DNA of 64,000 nucleotides from Paraphysomonas bandaiensis. Lineage: Eukaryota > Protista > Chrysophyceae. The stretch lies in contig CBFFRP010000298.1 of NCBI GenBank assembly GCA_965644295.1, positions 124,001 to 188,000 on the forward strand. The letters are read 5' to 3'. Both the position numbers and the translations under genes were made by a program. Shown piece by piece: positions 1 through 12,685 of the stretch (within the stretch, counting starts at the first letter, position 1; every line of letters begins with the position of its first letter). The notes under the pieces are model-generated. The model made no database searches and was not told where the DNA came from. It saw nothing but the letters and a program-made list of their open reading frames with translations.

Positions 1-2700
1 ACCAGCAGCAACAAAGTATTACCCACTTAGAGTCCGAGTTAAGATTGAGCACTCGTCGAATTAGCTCACTTGAGACGTCCCTTTCTGAGACGCAACAGAG
101 TCTAATTGAGTCAGAGAGTGCTCTTTCTAACGCCAATGCGAAACTTCAGTCACTCACACTCGAAAAACAGAAATATCTAACTCAAGTGGATCAATTAACT
201 GATGAAATATCCAATCAGAGGGAAATTGTATCCGATTCACATGGTCGGTTGGAGGAATATCAACGCCGCTTGGTAGAGTGCAAGGCTGATTTAAGAACTG
301 CACTCCAGCAAAAAGAAGATAGCGAGAGAGCTTGTGATGAACTTAAGACATTATTACGAGCCATGGAAAGTAATGAAAAGGTATATTCGTTGTTATCCAC
401 GTTATTGTCTGTGTGATATGTAATCATCGTTGTAGTCCAAATCTTCAAATCAATCTCGTTGGGAAAGTGAGCTGAAGTCTGCTGAGCAACGAATTGATGC
501 CCTTGAAGCTGACAAAGCTACGCTGAAGCAAGAATTGGCTAGTAAAGATCGTAGGATCAAGGTCAAAGTAATGTAATGTAGAACCCCTGCATGTAATCAG
601 TTTTTTAGGATCTTCACGATAGTTTAGTTGAGTTGGACAGAGAGCGAGACGATCTCCAACTTCAGCTTGACAACGAATCATCTTTACAGGATCAACGAGA
701 GGCAACTATCGCCGAGTACAGTCGTCGCTTGGAAGATATGACATCTCAGATAGGCCAGAAAGACAAACAGCTATGTAGTATCAAAAAGGAAGTTATGGCG
801 GAGGGGTCAAGGGTTCAGAGTTTAGAGCAAAGACTCAAAAGCGTTGTTCATGAGAATAACGAGTTGAAAAAAAGACTGCACGCTAAACACTCTGAGGTCA
901 GTAGACTTGTTACGTACCTACTTGGATTACATATGCATGAGTTACATAGAGCTCATGTCAGTATGTGTGCATTAAAATATGATGTTTAAGGTTGGAGCGG
1001 CCAGTGAGGACCTCATGATGCTCACAAAGGAGAACCAAAGTCTCACAAGTGCGTTGCTTTTTTGCATTATCGCTACTCGTACAGTGAGAACACACCCTAA
1101 AAGTTTGTACTGATTAATTCAGGTGAGTTAGCGGATGTTTCCGGAGAGTTGGATAGATTGAGGTCTAAATATGCCGAAGAGACTGAACGTTGCGCATCGC
1201 TGGAACAGGCAGTCAGGTACTGATGCAGCATATGATACCTGCTATGTATCGAGTAGTATGTAGTTGGTGTTCGTGGGATAAAATACTTATGATGCCATCA
1301 GATCTCTAGAGATAGAGCGCAGCGATTTGCTGGAGACATACCGTTGTTGCCTTCAAGAGAAGAGGAAGTGCGAGGCTGATCTCAGCAGCATGAGGTATAA
1401 TTCAAGATTGACTGCACTCGATCCTGCCTTTCTAATGATATATCTAGTGCCACGAAGCTTAAAATGTCCCAAACTATAAATGAATTAAGGGCTGATATTA
1501 CAGACCTGAGCACTGAGCTGACATCCAGAAGGAACTCTGAAAACAGACAGGTATGTTATAGTTATGTAATCCCCGGATGTATACTAGGTTGATAAAGTAT
1601 AGTACTTTGATTATTGATTATTGCGTGCAGTTGTCGGAGAGGTCTGCATTAATGTTGCAGATTGAGTCCCTCAACGAACAGTTGGTCGCAACCTGTAGAA
1701 AGGTGGAAGATCATGAGTCTGATGCCAATAGACTAGCACAGGTAACACTCAGATAGGCCTTAGGGCTGTTGCCACGTATAATGGAAATTGTAAACGTAGG
1801 ATAAAGTAGCATGATAAAGATACAGTTACTGATGTGCAGTTATACCTAACACGCTTTTCATTTTAGGAGAATTATGGCCTCAAGCAAACCATATTGACAC
1901 TCCAGCAGCGATCAGTGACTCTTGTAAACAGAGCTGCAAGTGCCGCAGACTCCGCCAAAATCTTGCAAGCAAGGTTTGTACTTGTACCGTGCACTCGCGC
2001 TTCCTTTGTCTACTGCATGGATGTACACAATTATGAAGTAATTAGACCGTATAATATAGTATGTGGATATTGAGTACTGATTCTCCATTTTCAGTAGTGT
2101 AGTTTACCATAACTATATCGCCATATTGAGGACAATATATCTGTCGTATTATTGGTTAATTTTTTATGGCAGGGTATCTGCTCTAGAACGGGAGAGAGAT
2201 GCACTGAGGAGTGTTGTGGATAGTGAGCGGAGGAAATCGTCAGACTTGACACAAATTGTGCTGGTAAGGGTTTCTACGTCATTCCGTTGTGCGCGATTTG
2301 TGGTGACATTGTGCCATTGACTGAATGTAGAGTTCCCGTTCCCGTGATGCTCGCCAAGCGTCAGTCTCCCCTGAACAGATGAGCAGAAATATTTCCCGAA
2401 GTAATACCACATCTCCGGAAGATACACAAACGAGGTATATCTATGGTGCTAACATTCCTGTACTGCATGTGATCGAATAGTATTATGTTATGTGATACCT
2501 TTATAAGTGGCTCGTCTATATACTGTGCTTATTTTTTTCTATCCTGTAGAATTTTACAAGGTACAGCTACATCATCACTTCATCAATCGAAGGCAACTGA
2601 TGAAGTAGTATTAACTCACACGAGTGAGAGTGAAACCTCACACGCAGAAAAAGTATTGGGTATATCTTCTGATGATGAATCGGATGATATCACTGCGTAA
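1..2700 (+). CDS. 3' part of a multi-exon long coiled-coil protein, CEP135/BLD10-like centriolar protein (5' end outside window)
   Basis: Heptad-rich exons (45-416, 633-895 and later) joined by short GT-AG introns. Spliced segment EDLMMLTKENQSLTSELADVSGELDRL...ERSDLLETY resembles the DLATMxRENQ region I recall from CEP135. Probable last exon ends at TAA 2700. Confidence 0.5.
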
Positions 2701-3294
2701 ACGTGGCATATATTATTAGCTAAGCGTTGCTAATTTGATTACTGATATGAATTGAGCCGTCGGACTGTAAAACATTGTGTAATTTATTTTATTTAAAGGA
2801 AAGTGTAAGTATCTTTTTCCTCCAGCTTATAGTCTCAGTCCATTCACCATATTATTCATATATCAATGCCTGAGCTTACAAGACATAAGTTGGTGCAACG
2901 AAGAAACCAGCAACTCTAGCACATATGCATGCATTTTTTCTTCTGACAAAACGAAATTTAAATTTGGGCAGTCTGAAATTGCCCGAACTACTTCTTTATA
3001 TATGATTGTCAATTGTCATATTCTTTTCTCTAATTTTTCCTTCACCAACATGGCACTTGAGCGACTCGAGCAAATCCTTAGAAATAAAGTTCGAGGTCAA
3101 AGCTCCAGTGTCGAAAAGTCTCCCACGCACAATTATTATATATTTGTCATCACACACAATTTTTCTCTCAAAATTCTAGTTGTCAGAAAAGAAGAGACGG
3201 TGCAAGGCAACCACATCTCTACCCACTTGGCCTAAAGTTGTCCAAGGATGCAAAAGAGGAAGAAAATGATGAACGGATCTTGATACCTGCAGAT

Positions 3295-3724
3295 CTATTA
3301 CAGGGTATATTGTCTATATCTGTGGGGTGCCCCAATTGCATGGCAGTCCAGACTGCAGCCAACAGTGGCTACATCGACTATGGAAGCTGAATACATGGCT
3401 GCATATGCTGCAATTCAGGAGATTGTATGGATACGAGGGGTGATGACAGAGCTCGGAATTCGTGGATTTGAGCTCAGTAAGGATGTGTCTCCAACAATCC
3501 TGAATATGGATAGCAAGAGTGTGATAGATCTAGCTCAGAATCCGGTAAACTATAAACGTTCTAAGTACATTAGAAACAAATATCATTGGATTCGAGAGCA
3601 AGTGGGAGACTGTATCATAAGGCTGTATCATGTGCCAACGGCAGAGATGACAGCAGATGTGATGACTAAAGCCTTGTCAGAGAAGCTGCACTACAAGCAT
3701 GTGCACACTATGATATCGCACTAA
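3295..3724 (+). pseudogene. Ty1/Copia retrotransposon RNase H 3' end
   Basis: PIAWQSRLQPTVATSTMEAEYMA...MDSKS..LAQNPV..KRSKYI..KYHWIRE..ADVMTKAL is the canonical Copia RNase H; upstream part is truncated. Confidence 0.9.
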
Positions 3725-3782
3725 GTAGACTTGCTTATTATAGTATATTCTGATATGTTCATATGTTCATTAAGAGTGGGAG

Positions 3783-4377
3783 TATTGAACTACAACCAAC
3801 TCCTACGTGCGTACTTGAAGTTTGGTAAAACCTATCGCTAGTAGCAATCGTGTATTCTATGCAGCAATGAAATAAATACAGAATATACATGACAAGTATG
3901 GGTGATTTAGGAGGCTGTTATGGCTGAAGAATAAGATGAAGTGATGTAGGTTATAGTATGAGATGAGATGCAGATGGTAGATAAGATTAGATTAGAAGAT
4001 ACGAGTATTAAGGCCAGATATAGGGTTGGAGTGTACCGTGACTATCCATATATACGGGTGTAACGGGCGCTTATGATGGTAACCCGTACAGTATTATGAT
4101 GGTATACGTAGGTATTCTGTAGGATGATATAGGAGTAGATAACAGGATGTTAAGGGATTTCTATATGATTAATTCTGGAAGTAGAAAACTAGCTATTTAT
4201 GGCTGGGAAACCGCTTCTAGAATTAACTATGGGGATATAGGTAGAAGGATATGGAGTTTTAGATATAATAGTGAAAGTTGATATTGTAGTTGAGTAAAAA
4301 GTTAAGAAGTAGCGAAGTAAAGAGTAAGAAGAGGAAGCTAAGTGAAGAGTGTTGTGAGAAGCCTATCCTACCCCACA
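3783..4377 (+). mobile_element. Copia 3' LTR (right end approximate), preceded by polypurine tract
   Basis: PPT aagagtgggag at 3772-3782 is followed by TATTG (degenerate TGTTG). About 3889-4233 recurs at about 10683-11023. Confidence 0.6.
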
Positions 4378-4763
4378 TCACCTGTGCACATGGACAGGGA
4401 CGATAAGACCAGCAATGTTAGTCATGATAGCGAGGCTCAATCACCCGTAGTCGTTACACTTGGTGGACAACGTGGGCTGGGTACAGTGGTTGAGAGTGAT
4501 CAACTCAGCCATGTGTCGCCCAGCGCACTATCGGCACGATCTCAGAGAGAGCCTTTGCCAGAAGAGGGAGACATTGAGAGTATCAGCCTAGACCATGAGG
4601 GAGAGGAGAGCCAGGAGACTATAAGGAGGAACTGCGGTCCCATGCACGTTACATTGACTTTTAGGACCCTATGTTAGTTTAGGACCCTATATCAGGACCC
4701 TATATATCGCTTCAGGATCTTTATATTGTCAGGGTACATATTATGCAACACCATTTGGATATT

Positions 4764-4860
4764 GGTTAGGGTTAGGGTTAGGGTTAGGGTTAGGGTTACG
4801 GTTGGGTTGGGTTAGGGTTGGGTTGGATTAGGGTTGGGGTTAGGGTTAGGGTTAGGGTTA
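4764..4860 (+). repeat. Interstitial telomere-like (TTAGGG/TTGGG)n tract, copy 1
   Basis: Run of ggttag units with TTGGG variants. Confidence 0.9.
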
Positions 4861-5419
4861 CCACAGTGTACCTACACATACTGAAACAACGTTCAGGTAT
4901 GATGTCCAATTATATCTGCTGATGATGATGTACGACTATGATCTGCTGCTGGTGACTTTGTCCGATGTGAAATCTGCTGTAAATTTATATCAAAGTCGAA
5001 TAGAAATGAGACAGAGTAGATTGAGGATGTTCTTTTCAGTTTAGTACTTGAAGTGACTGTATAGGATACGCATGGTCCCATGGTGGCTATAGTATCACGT
5101 TATTGAGTCACATGGATGGTTACATTGACTTTTAGGACCCTATGTTAGTTTAGGACCCTATATCAGGACCCTATATATCGCTTCAGGATCTTTATATTGT
5201 CAGGGTACATATTAGTAGTGAATGTCTGATTATTTAGCAATAGGCGTTGAGACCTTGCATCAATTAGTGGCTAGAAGAATGCTAGTCATACTAGTTAGAC
5301 CACTACCCGTAACTAATCAATACAAACTCTTTTATCCTACTATTTAACGCTACGAAAGCTGCTTGTGCGTCGTCGCAAGCACCAAGAGGGTACATATTAT
5401 GCAACACCATTTGGATATT

Positions 5420-5550
5420 GGTTAGGGTTAGGGTTAGGGTTGGGGTTAGGGTTAGGGTTACGGTTGGGTTGGGTTAGGGTTGGGTTGGGTTAGGGTTGGG
5501 TTGGATTAGGGTTGGGGTTGGGGTTAGGGTTAGGGTTAGGGTTAGGGTTA
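5420..5550 (+). repeat. Interstitial telomere-like (TTAGGG/TTGGG)n tract, copy 2
   Basis: Same flanks as copy 1; part of duplication 4731-5075 / 5387-5765. Confidence 0.9.
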
Positions 5551-7512
5551 CCACAGTGTACCTACACATACTGAAACAACGTTCAGGTATGATGTCCAAT
5601 TATATCTGCTGATGATGATGTACGACTATGATCTGCTGCTGGTGACTTTGTCCGATGTGAAATCTGCTGTAAATTTATATCAAAGTCGAATAGAAATGAG
5701 ACAGAGTAGATTGAGGATGTTCTTTTCAGTTTAGTACTTGAAGTGACTGTATAGGATACGCATGGGACACATTGTTATGTATGGTGTTATGTTATGCAGT
5801 GTTTTGTGTACGGCTGTAGAATAGAAGCATAATAAAGGCCACGGGGGTATTCCGTCCGTTTATTGATCTGTAGCATCCGTAACTTTACGACCGAGTACCG
5901 TATTTTTCTCTGCGGTCGGTACGAGAAAGTGCGAGTGACATGTGTTGCTATTTTTTCCCAACGGTTGTATTTTTCAGTTTAGGCTACTAATTATAGTGAG
6001 ACAAAAAGACAAAACGACAGAAGTTATAGGAGGACAAATTTATGTCTTTTTGTCTTCAAGAGGACAGAAATCGAGAGTGGAAGACATTTTTACACAATAG
6101 AGCTTCATTAATAGTTTTATACACCTGATAAACAGCACCACGTGCAATGATTTATAGTCTCAAGCATTGGCAGAAGCTTGCCATTGCTTTGGCAGGCATG
6201 GAGACCCATGGTGTCAAAAGACCACGACGATAACAGAGCTTGGAGAAATTTGTCTGAGAAACTTCTTACGACACGCCGCACTCCTGCCAATAATGATAGC
6301 ACAGACATCTACATCAGTGAAACCGTATCCCTGATGGAGTATATTTCGGCAGGAACCATTACTTATGATCAGATTGTGAAAGGTGAAGAGTGAGTGTTGA
6401 TTTAAACCTACATACATACATACATTAATGAACTCTTTGGAATTCACTCTGAAACTATTTGGAAGGAATAACTCGACATTTTTTAGGAAGAAATAAGGAT
6501 GTCAGTCATTAATGGGTTTACTCCAGATATACCCTTTTGAATAAGGTATATATATCTTATAATGTTATTCAATAGTAACATTTGTTGATACAGGACGAAA
6601 CTATACCGTCAGGCGTGCAGATGAGAGAGCTGCTCGTCAAGACGGTGAAGCTCTCCTGGAATCGTAAAGAAGCTGAAAGGATGAAGAAGTGAGCTGGCAC
6701 AACTCTCGAAGGCGAGAACAATGGCACTGACAGCAACGCCAACCAATTATCTTGGTCCGATTAATTTTCTGTTATCCATGCAAGTTCTATTTGGTTTATA
6801 CATATGTTGTTACTATAGTATACACTTTAGTTATAATGAAGCATTTGTCAGTGTCAGTTTTAAATTCACAACTTTGTTTATTACAATTGACTAATAATCA
6901 TCACATGATCTAATTGTAGGATGCATTTAATCTTGCATTTAATCACAGATATATTGAATGGGATCTAACTACACAAACAACTGAAATGCAGTGTGTGTTG
7001 TAGATATCACATATTGGCAACATATTGTAATAAACTAAATATGCTCATGCAACTTCAATATTTATCAATTATGATATTGACAGTCATATGTATGTGATTT
7101 CATTATATTACACAATTATAGAGAAACCACAATGATGAGTCAACTATCAAAAGGAGATCATCAAACACTCCAAGTCATCGTCCATCTTTCGTCTGATGTG
7201 GAAGATCATAATGATGTCAGTGCATGCGATCTATCTTCATAACCTGGACTTCGAAACAATTTTAGAGAGGACAGAATTATAAGATAAAAAGGATAAAAGG
7301 ATATAGTAATAAGCACGGTTAAGTGTTGGTGAAATTAAGCACTGTCAATCTACCTATCGTCTGTTGCACGCATGGATAAAGATGACATGTTCATTGAAAC
7401 CCACAGGGATGATACTCAATCACCCGATGTTGCCACAGTAGTACCCCAATTAAATACTTCAACTGATTTCCTCTTGAGCGTATATATCCACCATAATACC
7501 CGTCTGTAAATG

Positions 7513-9309
7513 TCAACACTGCTTTATCCATTTGATTTCTTCTCTTTGACAAAACGATATGATACTGCTATTCCACGTGATATTTCTTCCTTCCACAACC
7601 ACGATATTCATGTCTAAAAAAGCAGAAGTCGCAGGACTCGAAATATCCCAAGTAGAGTACAGATATAGACTTCCAGCTCTACAATCCACTCGTCTGAACA
7701 TAGACATTTTCTTGTTAAGAGCCTGTAAATACATGGCTTGGGTTCGTGATAATTTGTTAGAAATTTCTTCTGCAATTGTTTTAGAAATAGAGGATTGATC
7801 TGAAAGTTTGATCTGAATGCAGTCCACATATATGGTTGTTTTCGGCCACCTGCCACCATCCGCACGATCCAGTCTCAGTTGAATCATATCAACACCGCAG
7901 TCGTTAAACGGTTTTAAACGTTTGTTCATTCTAGCAAATTCTATGATGTCAACTAACGTCATATTGGACACAACATGTACAGTTCGACCAGCTCTGTTGC
8001 TCTCGCCGGGGAAAGTCAAAGATATATATTCCATAGAGGGTTGTACAGTATCGACATGACAGTACCACTCTAATAGTTCTGCATGGGGCCTTCCCACCGG
8101 ATACCTCAGAGCTCGAACTAACTCCAAGGACAGATCATGTGACTGCTCATACTTCCACAGCTGATATACACAGTGGATGCAAGCAGGTAGGAAGTAGTGC
8201 GGATATCCAGGTTTGGGCACCAACAGGTCCTTGTCCACCAAGTCATCTACAGTACATTCAAACTGACGCTCGGACAAGATTCGCGCAAGTGTATTCCTAC
8301 CAACGCTGACAACGTTTAACAACAAGTGCACGAGTGAGTCATCCGTAACGCGGCGCAACAAATTCTCATTCTTGATTAAATAAGTATCCCAAATTGCCCA
8401 CTCTAAACTTCCGCTATGAAATTTAAATATTTCAAGATGGATAGGTTCTGGTGTACGGACATAATCAAAACGTCCACCCGTTATAACAAGACGACTAGCG
8501 GCATCTTCCGGAGAAATATCCTCGCCATAAAGGGCAAGGAATGAGCAGGTATCATCAGGATCGGTGAGCGGATAAAGTGGCAACTCCGAGTATTTCTGAT
8601 GGTTCAAATTCTGGTACTCATTGAACCGGTGATATTCTGAGGACGTCATGAAGTCCTTTTTATATGCCAATGACACTAGCTTCCAAGTACTGCCAGACAA
8701 GCATCCAAAGGCATACCCACTGTTTCCTATCGCGTGGAGTTGGTCTATTAAGCCCACACAATGTGAAAAACTGTCGTGATGCTTAGCCCACAAAAGGTCA
8801 GCTTCATCGTAGAACACCACAGGAAGAATAGATTTTGATTGAAAAGTACATAAAGTGTCAGTAATAAACCTCTTTTGCCGAAGACTTCCTATTTCTACTT
8901 CATCCAAAAGCGAAAGTTCTTGAGCTCGATTCAGAAGTAACTCCTTCGGTGTAATATTCATGGATTGGTCTCCAACGCATTCAAAGTACACCGCGCATAT
9001 TTTGCATTGTATAGAGGATAAAAAATCTACTGTGTGTTTCATGAGAGTCGTTTTCCCACACTGCTTGCTACCCGTCAATATGACACACACTCGATTGCTC
9101 TGAACTCCTGTAGAAACAGCTGTAAGAGCAGCATAAATCTTTTTAAAGAATCGTTGAATCGTAACAGAATTCAAAACTGAAATAAAATATTTTCTTTTTA
9201 TTAAAAACTTTATTGCTTTCTTTATAAAATCAAGATGACTGATAGAAGAGTTTAAAAGAGAAAATGAATAATTTTTATTTGTTTTATTCATGTGAATATT
9301 GTTGTACAT
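7513..9309 (-). CDS. Intronless P-loop NTPase fused to a putative PD-(D/E)xK nuclease (Crinkler-like effector architecture)
   Basis: 598-aa ORF with Walker A GSKQCGKT, Walker B VVFYDEAD and a C-terminal GVD...IQIK motif. Start codon uncertain (very AT-rich 5' end). Confidence 0.65.
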   Translation of the reverse strand: MYNNIHMNKTNKNYSFSLLNSSISHLDFIKKAIKFLIKRKYFISVLNSVTIQRFFKKIYAALTAVSTGVQSNRVCVILTGSKQCGKTTLMKHTVDFLSSIQCKICAVYFECVGDQSMNITPKELLLNRAQELSLLDEVEIGSLRQKRFITDTLCTFQSKSILPVVFYDEADLLWAKHHDSFSHCVGLIDQLHAIGNSGYAFGCLSGSTWKLVSLAYKKDFMTSSEYHRFNEYQNLNHQKYSELPLYPLTDPDDTCSFLALYGEDISPEDAASRLVITGGRFDYVRTPEPIHLEIFKFHSGSLEWAIWDTYLIKNENLLRRVTDDSLVHLLLNVVSVGRNTLARILSERQFECTVDDLVDKDLLVPKPGYPHYFLPACIHCVYQLWKYEQSHDLSLELVRALRYPVGRPHAELLEWYCHVDTVQPSMEYISLTFPGESNRAGRTVHVVSNMTLVDIIEFARMNKRLKPFNDCGVDMIQLRLDRADGGRWPKTTIYVDCIQIKLSDQSSISKTIAEEISNKLSRTQAMYLQALNKKMSMFRRVDCRAGSLYLYSTWDISSPATSAFLDMNIVVVEGRNITWNSSIISFCQREEIKWIKQC

Positions 9310-9400
9310 ACACGAAGAAATAGAGTGAGGAATTATGACTGAAGATCTAGTGAAAACAACTAGGAAGGCCTACAGGAGAGTTCAGGCTACTATCACACTA

Positions 9401-9733
9401 CCGTCTTGGCATCGTTGGTATATTTTTGTTCAAAGATGCCTCTAATATTGAGACAAAAATTATCTGTATTCCAGCTCTAGTTTTATTGCAGATATATAGA
9501 GTATATTTGCTTCAATTTATTTCCGAAAAATAAGATGCTGACTGATGAGTGGAATAGATATATGCATGTCTTGTCGTCGTATCGGCAGTCAGCATCTCAT
9601 TTTTTCGGGAATGAATTGAAGCAAATATACTCTATACTACTGCTACACAACTACGGCTAGAATACAGACAATTCTTGTCTCAATATTAGAGGCATCTTTC
9701 AACAAAAATATACAAAGGATGCCGATGATACGG
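9401..9733. mobile_element. Foldback MITE with ~135-bp imperfect inverted arms
   Basis: 9408-9544 is an imperfect reverse complement of 9586-9723; termini ccgt...acgg. One arm recurs at 14785-14935. Confidence 0.8.
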
Positions 9734-9772
9734 TTTTTCTAAACGGTCGAAACTAGGAATTCCTAGAAATGG

Positions 9773-10003
9773 ACTTGGTTCATTCTGTAGATGCGTACCA
9801 TTCTATATGTATGTTATTCCTTGCATGTCATTGTGTTAAGTTACTTGACACTGTCTTAACAGCGATCTTTATTCTTAGAGGGATTACTGCGCGGCGTTAT
9901 CTAGCGGATATCGTTGACCGTGTTAGGTGCTTTACCAGTAATAACAAGTGTTTACTCATACCTATATATATATTGGGAGCAAACCCGCAAGTCTGGTTTG
10001 TGC
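9773..10003 (+). mobile_element. Fragment of the Gypsy family A LTR/leader region
   Basis: Near-identical reverse complement of ~43336-43568 (shared ctgcgcggcgttatctagcggatatcgttgaccgtgtt and ttgggagcaaacccgcaagtctggtttgtgc). Confidence 0.85.
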
Positions 10004-10011
10004 GTAACAGA

Positions 10012-10634
10012 ATGCCTTTACCAAAAACCCTTCAAGATGCCAGCTACACAGCTATAAAGAAAAATGCATTTAATGCAATTAATTATTCGCTGACTTTTGT
10101 AGCAACAGCCTTTTCAGTTCTGATTGCCATCGCAGATGAAGATTCCAAAACTTACGAATATTTCGACGGCTTTCAAACAGGCTTTATGTTTCTATCAATA
10201 GGTATTGATTATTGTGCTTCATTTCTACGCTGTCAGGAGCTTATTGCTAAAAGACGAAGTCGTTTAGATCCACACGAATATGATGGGCATGGTAACAGAA
10301 CAGGAAACATGCACACAAAAGCTGAGCTAGACAAGTATTCAACAAATGGGATGTACTTTGATTTCTGGCCCTCACTAATTGGTGCTATTGCTGGATTAGC
10401 AATGGGTATCGTTGGTGTTGGCTGCAAAAAGAAGCCAGCGACGGCGTGAAATTAGCATTAAGAACGATTGCGCCACCTTTTGCGACTTTATGGCACACAG
10501 TATCGTCAGCGACTATCGACAAAGAAATAGCTGAGTTAGAAACTCATGCAGAGAGAAGTGTCGTATTTCCGGAGCAGAAGGTCGTAACTCTTCAAAAAAA
10601 CCCAATTCAGATACAAATAAGTCACACGCATTGA
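10012..10634 (+). CDS. Intronless multi-pass membrane protein of unknown function, split by a 1-nt frameshift near 10426-10430
   Basis: ATG 10012 (MPLPKTLQ) and three hydrophobic segments. One extra A in the A5 run joins the ORF ending at 10449 to ORF 10446-10634. Confidence 0.5.
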
Positions 10635-10682
10635 GAGACGTACTTTTAAGTTTAGTTACTGCTTACTGTAGCAAAATTGGGT

Positions 10683-11598
10683 ATGACAAGTATGGGTGAT
10701 TTAGGAGGTTGCTATGGCTGAAGAATAAGATGAAGTGATGTAGGTTGTAGTATGAGATGAGATGTAGATGGTAGTTATGATTAGATTAGAAGATACGAGT
10801 ATTAAGGCCAGATATAGGGTTGGAGTGTACCGTGACTATCCGTATATACGGATGTAACGGACGTTTATGGTGGTAACCCGTACAGTATTATGATGGTATA
10901 GGTATTCTGTAGGATGATATAGGAGTAGATAACAGGATGTTAAGGGATTTCTATATGATTATTTCTGGAAGTAGAAAACTAGCTATTTATGGCTGGGAAA
11001 CCGCTTCTAGAATTAACTATGGGCACACATACATACACACATACATACATACACACAACATACACATACACATGCATGCGTTTGCTGAAAATTAACGACA
11101 AATCTTGATATATGCTAAATTTCACCTAATCTTATAGTTCAGTACAGTAGCATACATACACATACACATGCATGCGTTTGCTGCAAACTAACGACAAATC
11201 TTGATATATGCTAAATTTCACCTAATCTTATAGTTCAGTACAGTACCATCTAGTTCTCATACACATGCATGCGTTTGCTGCAAACTAACGACAAATCTTG
11301 ATATATGCTAAATTTCACCTAATCTTTTATAGTTCAGTACAGTACCATCTAGTTCTCATTATTGCTTGCGCATGTAACAGAAAAGCAATAACTGTACCCA
11401 ATGAATGAACAATGAACTATAGGAGTAGATAACAGGATGTTAAGGGATTTCTATATGATTATTTCTGGAAGTAGAAAACTAGCTATTTATGGCTGGGAAA
11501 CCGCTTCTAGAATTAACTATGGGCATACACGCATACACATGCATGCGTTTGCTTAAAATTAACGACAAATCTTGATATATGCTACATTTCACCTAATC
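10683..11598 (+). repeat. Copia-LTR-derived segment with ~95-100 bp tandem repeats and an internal duplication
   Basis: 10683-11023 matches 3889-4233. Unit cacatgcatgcgtttgc...cacctaatc occurs four times, 10918-11025 recurs at 11418-11525, and an inverted copy lies at ~35480-35635. Confidence 0.8.
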
Positions 11599-11599
11599 A

Positions 11600-12403
11600 T
11601 AAGTTTATACGGCGGATGAGATTCCAGGGAAGAGAATGTCCCTTCGTACTTTGCCTAGAGATACTGTGCATACTAAGTCTAGTGAGATCAGTGCGAAACG
11701 TGTCTGTGAGACTGTACCTGCTGAGTCTAGGGAGACTTGTGTGATAAGCGTACGGGTGTTGACTAGTGTGTCCACTCTGGGTGAGGTAAACCTTCTCCAT
11801 GATGAGGAGATTGTCAATCTGTGTGTTGATAGTGACTGTGCACTAATAACTAACAAAATATGTCTAATTGTAGAGAGACCAATCAAGACACCATATATGA
11901 GAAGCTTGTTAATTGCCTTGATTTGCCTCTCCGTGTGTAAGTAGCAGGCTATGTCTACTGGCATGCAGGAACTGGTATGGCTTCGGGGGGTGGTGTTGGT
12001 CGAACGGGGACTTCGATTGTACGAACCCACTCCATTCTTCCTGACACAGCCAGAGCGCACGTAACTTAGCGTGTTGAATGTTGTGGTGTGATTGATCCGA
12101 CGAGGATCAGAAATCATGCGTGGAGGTTCTAAGAGACAGAAGATCATATAGATGTGTTGTCTATGGTGAGGCTAGCTGAACGTCAGAGTCATACGTCCAC
12201 TGGTTTGTCCTATGAGGTTCTGGTGGTTGCGTATCCGTCAGTTATGTCTCGTGATGTAAAGATTCAATCTACAGCGTATCCGTTAGTTATGTCTTGCAAT
12301 GTGAAGATTCAATCTACAGCTCATGAGGTCTTGGTGGTTGCGTATTCGTCAGTTATGACTCGTGGTTTGACAATTCAATGTACAGCTTTGAATTGAGAGG
12401 GAG
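11600..12403 (+). pseudogene. Highly degenerate Copia pol remnant ending in a PPT
   Basis: Frame at ~11945-12040 reads QAMSTGMQELVWLRGVV..GLRLYEPTPFFL (Copia RNase H-like). PPT gagagggag at 12395-12403. Confidence 0.6.
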
Positions 12404-12685
12404 TGTTGAGTTTTGCTGTTTAAGCAATTAAAAGCTGTAATTCTATGATATTGGAATTATGACGGTAGCGGTTAACTGTATTATGAGAAGTAATGAGAAC
12501 TGAATATATATTGACCATACAAGAAGATAGTGACGATATAAGATCGTACCAGAAATGAGTGGTCATAGAGATAACATGATATTGATGAATAAGAAGATAT
12601 ATTGATTATAATTTTATAATAAGATTAATGACTGAATACACGTCCAGTTAACATAGTAAATCATCCAATTGTGTCATAACTTGAC
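12404..12685 (+). mobile_element. Copia LTR (second family), truncated
   Basis: Starts TGTTG directly after the PPT. Inverted homologues end at 62723 and, more diverged, lie at ~21560-21815. Confidence 0.7.

Noticed and set aside
4764-5550. True chromosome end
   Set aside because: Tracts are short, degenerate and flanked by ordinary sequence on both sides.
6117-7500. Degenerate Harbinger-like gene pair
   Set aside because: Coding-like fragments exist, but no diagnostic motif could be confirmed.
9769-10011. N-terminal 81 aa of the 226-aa ORF
   Set aside because: Derived from non-coding Gypsy LTR/leader sequence; ATG 10012 is the more plausible start.
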